Positions 56,182-64,000 of a stretch of 64,000 nt of DNA are shown in pieces (the stretch's first letter is position 1; each line of letters opens with the position of its first letter). Below the pieces are notes generated by a model that searched no databases, was not told the DNA's origin, and saw only the letters and a list, made by a program, of their open reading frames with translations. The DNA comes from Rhynchopus sp. YZ270_cl-10 (taxonomy: Eukaryota), in NCBI GenBank assembly GCA_964035575.1, contig OZ037842.1:1488001-1552000 (forward strand), given 5' to 3'. The translations under genes were made by a program, and so were the position numbers.

Positions 56182-57639
56182 TGTGCTAGGGTTTTCACGC
56201 ATCGGCGTGTGAACAGCTGCTCAGGGACAGTGATTGGATTGAGAGAAGCTTCTAGGGTACAGATATAAAGTGTGGCAATGGGAGTAATGTGTGCACAGAC
56301 CGAACAGAATCGTGCCAGCTGAGGGTTCACAGGAGCCAAAACGCCCCTATTTTTTTTCCCCCCGCGGAGTGTCAGTGCCTGCGTCCCAGAGGCGTTTGCA
56401 CTATCAACTTCACTTTTTTTTTTTGATTGTTTTCTGAGGGGGGCAGTGCCGTTCGTGTCTGTGGGCTGGACTTGACTAGACTAAATTGGCATTCGTTCTG
56501 CAGGATTAGCACAATGAACATATGTTACTGTTTTTCTATTTCCGCACTTGACAGGGGGAGATGGGAGATGGGAGATGGGGCAATTACGCTCCTCTGGGAT
56601 GTTGACTGACACTATTGTGCTCCTCCGTTCTGTGAGAAGAACCACTGCTGTTTTTGAACAAAAACCGCCTCAAAAAAAAAAAAAAAAGCTGAAAGCCATT
56701 GAGGTTCTGAACCACCTCTCTTGGTCTGCAAGACTCTGGAGGCTGTTCTCTGGTGACAGGCGTGGCTCGAAACCATAGATGCAAGGATGTACTGTGACAT
56801 GGAAAATGTATGACGGCAGGTGCACAACGGATTATCAAAACAAAAAAAACAAACAAACAAACAAAAAAAACACAAAAACAAAAAAAAGCAACAAAGAGTC
56901 ATTCAGGTTGGGTATGTTTTGTATCTGGGCATGTTTTCACGCAGTGACTTTCTCCTTACACAGCGTTGCTGAGAATTTCCTTCAATAAAAACCAGGGTAC
57001 TGCACGGTGTTTTGTGGGAGGGTGAACATAATGTATTGGTTCGTGTCTTTAGTGTACTCAAAAAATGGGGTGTGTGGGATGTGGTGGGGGGAGGGGGGAA
57101 ATGAATCCGGGAGGGGGGAAGATGATGTAACATAAAGGGTGCGTGGGGTAGTACGATCGTCAGGAAAGTACAATGGCCTTCAGGGACAATGAGTGAGCAC
57201 CGCCTACTTTGGTAGGTGATTATCGTGAAGGTAGTGGCACTTTCAAAATTAAATTAAATTCACTGTTCGTTTTTTTATAGTAAAGTGGCTTGAACAACTT
57301 TTTCTCTTTTTTTATATTTTTTCAATTTATTGAACGCATGAAATGCTTTTAATTATTTCTTCAGTTCCCTGCGTCCGCCGATTAACGGTGAGGCGTTTGC
57401 ACTTTCAACTTTTTTTTTTCTTCTTCTGGAAAGCAACGATGCAATGAAGGCTACACACACCCTTTATTTTAAAAAAAAAATCTTGCCGAGGGAGACCGTT
57501 CAGTTAACATTATATATTTGTCTCTCCCCCAGCCACCCTTCTCCTTCTCCCCTCTTTTTTCTATCTACGCACTTTGTTCACCTCTACATTTACTTCATTT
57601 TACAGGAACAAAACACACACATTACACAAAGCTTTCAGT

Positions 57640-58266
57640 ATGGGGTGTGCAGCGAATGTTTCCGCATTGTTTATGTTCGCGATGAACGTTCTCGCAGTGC
57701 TCTTGGTGATTGCATCGTGCGCGTCGACTGACAGTTTGTTTACTGGAACGCTTTCCACGAAGAGCCACACATTGAACACAAACGATTGCGGCATATTCAA
57801 ATGCTCTGACGAGGATGAGAAGTACCAGATGTGGGCACTCAACGCATGCGACGAGAGGGAGAACTTTATGAAGGCGACCCGCGCAGCCTGGTTGATCGCG
57901 GCAGTCGTGCTTGCGTTTTCTGCGCTGGCACACTTTCTGCAGGGTGCTGGATGTGCTGCAATCGCACCCTCGATGCGTGCAATGCGCTTTGTCCATGTGG
58001 TTGGGATCGTCCTCGGCTGCATTCTTATGTCTTTTACAGCAGCAATCTACGCGCACGACTTCCCCACACAAGACAACAACATCCTCAAATTCGACGTCTG
58101 CAAAGCCCCCGTCAATGTAGACGGCACCGAAGCCTTCGGTGCCACATACAACCTCAAAATAGGATTTGCCCCCTTCTTCGGTGCTGCCATCGCAGTCATG
58201 GAGACAATCAACCTCTTCCTCGCGACCCGTACCTTCGACGGTGCGGGGTACAGTGATATTAACTAA
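57640..58266 (+). CDS. Amastin-like four-TM protein (claudin/PMP22 superfamily), 208 aa
   Basis: Four hydrophobic segments. First loop has CGIFKC and CDERENFMKATRAAWLI, resembling the amastin C..R...F.AA.AF segment. G(F/Y) precedes TM4. Confidence 0.7.
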   Translation: MGCAANVSALFMFAMNVLAVLLVIASCASTDSLFTGTLSTKSHTLNTNDCGIFKCSDEDEKYQMWALNACDERENFMKATRAAWLIAAVVLAFSALAHFLQGAGCAAIAPSMRAMRFVHVVGIVLGCILMSFTAAIYAHDFPTQDNNILKFDVCKAPVNVDGTEAFGATYNLKIGFAPFFGAAIAVMETINLFLATRTFDGAGYSDIN

Positions 58267-59362
58267 TTCTTTTTTGTATTGATTTTCGGCACATTTTTTG
58301 TGCTAATTTTTCTTGCCCGGAGAGTGCGTGTAGGTGGAGCAACCCTGTTAGAATATGAGAAAAGCTATTTCTAAACCTTGCCTCTTCTTTTTTTTAAGGT
58401 GACTAAGCACGAGAGGCTTAGGATCATCTTATAAACTTTTCTTTTTTTTTTTCTCTCTCACGGTGAATAGGCACTGCTTACGTTCATCATTTTAACCTTT
58501 TGCTTTTTTTTGTTCTTTCTTTGATCCCACGCAATATGCGCTGTGGGCGTTCGCACCTTCAGCCTCACATTTTTTTCAAAGGTGGCTAAGTAGTCTTCGA
58601 CTGAGTAGCATTTACCTTACTAACTGATCTCTCTCTCTTTTTTGTGAACAAGCATCAGAAGCTTGCTCATCGTTTAGCCCTTTCTTTTTCTTATTGAATT
58701 TTGTTCTTGCTTTCAACCGCGCTGGCATACGTGTACGTAGGTCAGAGGTTCTTGCATCAAAATAACCACGATTTTCTTTTTAAAATAACCCTGCCCTCGG
58801 GCTCAATCAAGAGGCGCGGAATCCCTATGCAGTAGTCCCTGAATAATTTCTTTGGGAGCGTCTTTTTGAAAACTGTGTGCAAAATGATAATTTTTCTTTG
58901 TATTGGGCGTGTGTACACAGCAGGGTACACTTCGTCCTTTCATTTTTTATTCGTATATCTTGCTGTAGGAAAAAGGCGCTTGGCGTGATACATCAACGCA
59001 GCAGAGGTACAGAGCATCGGCTAGTCTATGTGTGTTTTTATGTTGAGGTGGCGAGGTTCATCTTGCCACCTTTTTTTAGATTTGTGTGGCATATTTTTCA
59101 TGAGTTCGGTTATGGAAAAAAGGGTTTTGTATAGTGGAACACATCTTACGGGTGGTGTAAACTAATACAACCAACTTTTCGAAAATAATTTTCAAAAATA
59201 ATAAACTAACGCCATCCCATTCTTCAAATTTTATTTTTTTGTGTTGTGTGGACAATGTCCCGCTATGCTCTGACCTCAGAAATTTATACAAAATGGGAAA
59301 ATCGATTGTCTTCCCACATATTCTGCGTTTAAAGCAAGCCATGCCCCTTCAGGTCATAGGTA

Positions 59363-59720
59363 CATGGATTACAAAAGATCTTAATTAAGATATGAGCGAA
59401 AAACACCGTTTTTTTAAGATCTTAGTGTTTTCTTAAAATTAAGTAAGATCTTAGTGTTTTGTGTTGAATATCTTAGTTTTTTTTTGTTAAGATCTTAGTT
59501 TCCACCAAAAAAAACTAAGATCTTAAAAGCAAAACTAAGATCTTAAAAATAAAGTGGCTACGATCTTAGAAAAAAAAACTAAGATCTTAGAAAAATAACT
59601 AAGATCTTAGTTTTTTGGTGTTTTTTTCCACTAAGATCTTAGTGGAAAAAAAAAACTAAGAAGATATCAAAACCCCGCTCAAAAAAAATTTCCCCTTACT
59701 AAGATCTTTTGTTTTCCATG
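59363..59720. mobile_element. MITE filled with TAAGATCTTA palindromes
   Basis: Ends CATGGATTACAAAAGATCTTA / TAAGATCTTTTGTTTTCCATG. TAGGTA on both flanks. About a dozen AGATCTT-core motifs. Confidence 0.8.
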
Positions 59721-59935
59721 TAGGTAGATTTATCTCAAGATAATTTTTTTTGGGTGTCTTTATATCCTTGACAAAGGTGGAGGTCCTCGGAAGTTGTACA
59801 AAGACTGTCAAATTGTTTTTTCTTTACGCCTTTCTAAATTAAAAAGTGTTCTCCTCATTTTTTTTTTTTTTGGCTTTTTCTCCATTCCTTAACACCCTCA
59901 TCATCACAGACACCAAATACACACCGTACTCCAAC

Positions 59936-60208
59936 ATGTCGGGACGCAACGTTCAAGTTCAGGTCCGCTACTGCGGAGGCTGAGGGTACGGGAAATACTC
60001 AAGGGCTGTGAAAGCAGCCATTGAGCACAAGTATGGCGCCGCAGTCACAGTCCGTGAGGTCGCTGACCCCTACGTCTCGGGAAACTTCGAAGTATCTCAC
60101 GAGCCTGCTGGCACGCTGCTTCACTCAAAGAAGGCTGGCCAGGGCAAGTGTGAGTCCGCTGCCGAAATGCAGGCCCTCCTCACGAAGATCGGAGCCCTGC
60201 TCCAGTAG
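59936..60208 (+). CDS. SELENOW: Selenoprotein W (Rdx family), 90 aa, Sec encoded by TGA at 59981-59983
   Basis: MSGRNVQVQVRYCGG-U-GYGKY...VSGNFEVS...LLHSKKAGQG. CxxU, GxFEV and LHSKK motifs of SelW, with similarity on both sides of the TGA. Confidence 0.92.
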
Positions 60209-61390
60209 AGAAAAAAAGGGGCGAAAAAGATGCACTTTTTTTTAACAGCTTTTTTTTTAACTTACATTTGAATAAACCAGGCATATTTTCTCTAAAAACC
60301 CAACCCGCTGCGCGAATAGACGACCAGAAAGGCTAGCTATCTGTTCGTTTTTACCCTTGGTTGGGTGTCGTTTTTCGCAAACCTGGTTCTTTTCAGACCT
60401 GACCCACTTTTTCCTTTTTTTCCTTGGGAAAGTAGGTCAACTGATCCACTTTTAAACACGAACACCTCCCTTGCACCCATGTATCCATAATCTCTTTGCT
60501 CTCCTCGGGAGGTGTTCCACTTATTTTTATTGAGGTGCTAGCGTCCATGGAGGCGGTTGCACTTCCAAACATTCTTTTTAACCCACAGAGACCTGCTCCC
60601 ATGCTGTAGTGCTTTACAAGCTAAACCATAAAGACCCCCCGATAAGATTAGTCAAAATTGCAGGAGCCTACGGTGCAGCATTTCGTGACAGCGACTGAAT
60701 GGTTCAGGCCTCTCTGGGTTATATTTTTTTAAAGAGGTGACTAATGTAGTGTAGAGGCTTAGATTCATCTTCACAATTATTGTTTGATTTTTTTAAAAGT
60801 GCGCGAGGACTCTCATAATTCCTCTGTCTTCAGGTCAAAACCCTTTTTCGCCACCGTACCTTTTGTTTCTTTTATCTGCGCTTTTTTGCCGATGCAATGA
60901 CCTGAACGTTCTCCTATCACCTTTTTAGCTATATGATAGTGTACTCCTACAGTGAAGGCCCCCCCTGCTGCATTTGGGAACTATGATTCCCTTATTGGGG
61001 GACGTGCTTTTTGTTTTTTGCAACTGCACACAGTCCGGATAAAAGAAGTACATCATCGCCTTATGCCACAAAAGGAAAGGAGAACGTTCAAAAGGGAAAG
61101 CAAACGGCCGAAGAACCGGAACCAAATTTTCGAATTTATTGAAAAAAAGACCACCGCCCCCTTCACCCGTTTCTCAAATCACTCTCGGACTGATATTTTA
61201 TACCTTTTCCTCCGGTAGCTGACTCAGTATGAGAGGCTTAGGATCTTATGAACGTTTCTTTTCTGATCAATTATTGGAATACGGTGTCTAGCTCCACTTT
61301 CCTTATGTGCTTTCTCGTCTTTGATCAGAAAATATAAATCTGATATTAAACCATTCCCCCTCTTACAGACAAAACCTAATACTCAACAAA

Positions 61391-64000
61391 ATGCCTAAAT
61401 ATGGTTTGTATGGAGGCTTCGAAGGTGATGAAGCGAAGCTTGCGACGGTGGTGGCACTCGAGACTGCTCTGAAGGGTGACGTTGCGCCTGCCGTGGAGGA
61501 CGTCGTGGCAGTGCTGCAGGTGATCCCTCATAGCGGCCGTCTGCAGTTTGTTGCGCAGACGTTGTGCGCAAGCAAGCACCACCTCGAGCTGGTGCGTGGC
61601 CTCTTCCAATGGTGCTTTGAGGCGGAAGGAGCCACCGACACTGACGATGAATTCGTTCTCGTTGGATGCGAGACAACGACATACCTGAACTCCCTGCGGC
61701 GCTACATGATGGACTGTGTGATGGTGGCGATGCCTCTGTGTGGGTCGCTCTGCATCGAGCTCTTCAAGGAGTACTCCCGCACGTCCTCGCAGATGTACCG
61801 GATGGACCTCTTGTACTGTGCCATTAAGTGCACATCCTTCTCGGATGCGGACCTGCTTGCGGCGTACCACGCCTCGGTTGAGCTGGAGAAATCCGACATT
61901 GTGAAGGCCTGCAAAGGTCTTACCACACGCAGGTCCTTCATACAGCTGCTCATCACAGAGGGTTTGGTTGACGTTGCTGATGCGATCTATTGGGCGGAGC
62001 CGGAGTTCATGCGTGATGCGCTGCTTGCGCCTAATGCGACAGAAGAGTCACGCCGTGTGGTGCGCACCCGTGGATACAACAACTGGAAGGTCCACAGAGA
62101 TGTGTACCTCGCACGTCTCCGTGAACTGCTCACAGAGGCCGGCAGCGACGGTCTGCACAAAGGAGAGATCTACCGTGAGTTTGAGGCAAACCTCCCCGCC
62201 TCTGCAGTGTCGTCGGAGGACATCTTGAAGCTGGTTGATATTTGCCAGGAGTTTACCCCGCTCTGCATTGACAGCGCCTGCGGGGATGTGAAGGGCAACG
62301 TCACGACGTACCTGAAAAAGCTGTCGCGCGAGGGGCAGCTCACTGCCGACTGTCGCGCGGTGCTTCCGGTGTACCCGAGCCAGCCGCTGCTGCTGCGCAT
62401 TTCTGACCGGGTTGCGTTCTTGCGTAGTCTGCTTGACCAGCGTGATGGTGGCATGGGAGCAAAGCCTGGCTCCGAGGCGGTGGTGTCGTGCATCCTTGCT
62501 GCGAAGATGCTGCGTCGCCACCGTGCGTCCATCTGCACACTCTTCTCAGACTCCTTCGCTGCCGTCCCCGCAAAGGCCTTCTGGCTGCACCTCCTCCGTG
62601 ACCATAGGAACCATCCCAACGTCGGCGAAAAGAACACCCTCAACGCACCCATGATGCGCCACATCGCTGCAGTCATCAACGGCGTCAACGCCATCCACTC
62701 CACAGGAGAGAACAAACTGAGCCTTTCCCTCGCCGTCTCCTGGATGGCTCTGCACCACAAGAATATGCCGACATTGGAGCTGGTGTCCGAGGTTGCAGCA
62801 ATGGATGAAGCGCTCAAGCCGATTCCTTCTGGAGTAAAGGGACAGCACTTCCTGTGGAAGCTGTGGATGAAGAGTGTGACGGAGAACATCGAATACGTGG
62901 TGCGCAAGGCGGCGGAGAAGGGTGCACGCATCGCCGAGCATGCGCCGCTTGATGCGAAGCGGTCGGGTCTGACGTCGTATCTGGGATTTGCTGTCGTGAT
63001 GATGGATGTTCTGGAGGACGCGTTGAAGCCGGCGCATGCGTTTGTGGCAGCCCTGCCTGCAGGGAAGGACAGAGATGCTGTGGAGCGCGACGTCTTGGCG
63101 ACAACGGCAATGTTCGCTGTCGCAATGCTGCCCACAAAGTCGATGGAGAAGCTGCTGTGGGAGGAGCGCTCATGCCCTGCGGTCGAGGCGTACAGAACGA
63201 AGCTTGCGGACATGGTGGTGCGTCACATCCTTGCGAACATGGAGACACTGATGAAGAAGGTGTTCGACGTGAAGCAGGACGGCTACCTCTCCACGGAGCC
63301 AGTCGAGCTCTGCAAGCGCTTCCTCGACAGTGTCGCAACAGGCATGCTGCCGGTGCTCATGGAGCGCTGTCCCGACCTCCTCTCTGCAGTGCTGCGCTTC
63401 GTCTGCAAGTACCTCGACGCCGTGCAGCTCACCCAAGAGCACGCAGACCTCGGCTTCTTCCAAAGCACCGCCAGTGAAGACGACGGCAAGTTTGGTTTCC
63501 GCCACTTCTCCCTCGCAGATCATCAGCGTCTCAGTGCCAAGGGGCAGACAGCGCTGCTCGCAGTGCTGAAGCTTCTCAAGGTGAAGGAGCAACGCGAGAA
63601 GTATGCTAAGGACGCAGCTGCCGATGCGGTTGCAGCAGAGGGCTGGGGTGTGTACCGGCAGAGCGTGTATGGGCACCACGTGCGCGACGGTGTGGCGCAG
63701 TACCAAGCCCTGCAGGAGGCCCCGAAGGAGAGCGGCGAGTGGAAGACCGAGCGTCTGCAGTTCCTCAGCGCGCTCGCGCAGCAGCGCCGTGCAGTGGTGT
63801 GCTCCGAAGAGTGTGCTGCCCTCGCAGTGGCGCAGCAGCTGCACCTGCAGAGGGAGAACAGCCTGGCCTTCATCGGGGCGATGCGGACGATGCGCCTCAT
63901 CCACAAGCTCTACCTCGAGGGCGACATCGGGAACAAGACAGCCTGCTCGCAGAAGTGGCTTGAGGGCTCCTATGCCTTTGGGGTTGAGGCGTGTGGGCTG
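61391..64000 (+). CDS. Large hypothetical helical protein, 3'-truncated by the window (at least 870 codons)
   Basis: ATG 61391 after CTCTTACAG. The frame MPKYGLYGGFEGDEAKL.. is open where I translated it and still in frame at the window end (..EGSYAFGVEACGL). GC3-rich codon use. Not listed in the ORF track, consistent with no stop in the window. Confidence 0.85.
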   Translation, partial: MPKYGLYGGFEGDEAKLATVVALETALKGDVAPAVEDVVAVLQVIPHSGRLQFVAQTLCASKHHLELVRGLFQWCFEAEGATDTDDEFVLVGCETTTYLNSLRRYMMDCVMVAMPLCGSLCIELFKEYSRTSSQMYRMDLLYCAIKCTSFSDADLLAAYHASVELEKSDIVKACKGLTTRRSFIQLLITEGLVDVADAIYWAEPEFMRDALLAPNATEESRRVVRTRGYNNWKVHRDVYLARLRELLTEAGSDGLHKGEIYREFEANLPASAVSSEDILKLVDICQEFTPLCIDSACGDVKGNVTTYLKKLSREGQLTADCRAVLPVYPSQPLLLRISDRVAFLRSLLDQRDGGMGAKPGSEAVVSCILAAKMLRRHRASICTLFSDSFAAVPAKAFWLHLLRDHRNHPNVGEKNTLNAPMMRHIAAVINGVNAIHSTGENKLSLSLAVSWMALHHKNMPTLELVSEVAAMDEALKPIPSGVKGQHFLWKLWMKSVTENIEYVVRKAAEKGARIAEHAPLDAKRSGLTSYLGFAVVMMDVLEDALKPAHAFVAALPAGKDRDAVERDVLATTAMFAVAMLPTKSMEKLLWEERSCPAVEAYRTKLADMVVRHILANMETLMKKVFDVKQDGYLSTEPVELCKRFLDSVATGMLPVLMERCPDLLSAVLRFVCKYLDAVQLTQEHADLGFFQSTASEDDGKFGFRHFSLADHQRLSAKGQTALLAVLKLLKVKEQREKYAKDAAADAVAAEGWGVYRQSVYGHHVRDGVAQYQALQEAPKESGEWKTERLQFLSALAQQRRAVVCSEECAALAVAQQLHLQRENSLAFIGAMRTMRLIHKLYLEGDIGNKTACSQKWLEGSYAFGVEACGL

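Noticed and set aside
2041..61253. Family A as CRISPR repeats, SECIS elements or bacterial terminators
   Set aside because: The copies are dispersed with no regular spacers or cas genes. The helix is too short and the 3' GA is not conserved for a SECIS. The context is eukaryotic.

Overview
Eukaryotic nuclear DNA, most likely from a euglenozoan and probably a diplonemid-like one (inference). I find 14 protein genes, all on the + strand. Many ATGs are preceded by a pyrimidine tract plus AG, as expected for spliced-leader trans-splicing. A few genes have short GT-AG introns that all end in ACAG, and one gene is amastin-like. The genes are: an ankyrin protein, a 5-exon J-domain/ARM protein, RPN6, a probably inactive Trf4/Cid1-like nucleotidyltransferase, a histidine phosphatase, a ZIP transporter, a 2195-aa type I membrane protein, a small membrane protein, two copies of an SCP/CTD phosphatase, a NYN-domain protein, an amastin-like protein, a selenoprotein W with an in-frame UGA (truncated in the ORF track), and a large ORF running off the right edge (missing from the ORF track). 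Intergenic DNA holds many DNA transposons: a full-length Tc1-type DD37E element, two hAT elements with 8-bp TSDs (one nested in the TIR of another element), and several MITE families. It also holds about 30 short hairpin repeats in four families. All lie on the coding strand, two families show structure kept despite sequence change, and most end in a shared (C/T)(C/A)AA(C/G)-T-run tail. The best leads are these strand-polarised hairpins and the SelW gene, for which I could find no canonical SECIS. All calls were made by eye, without database searches.
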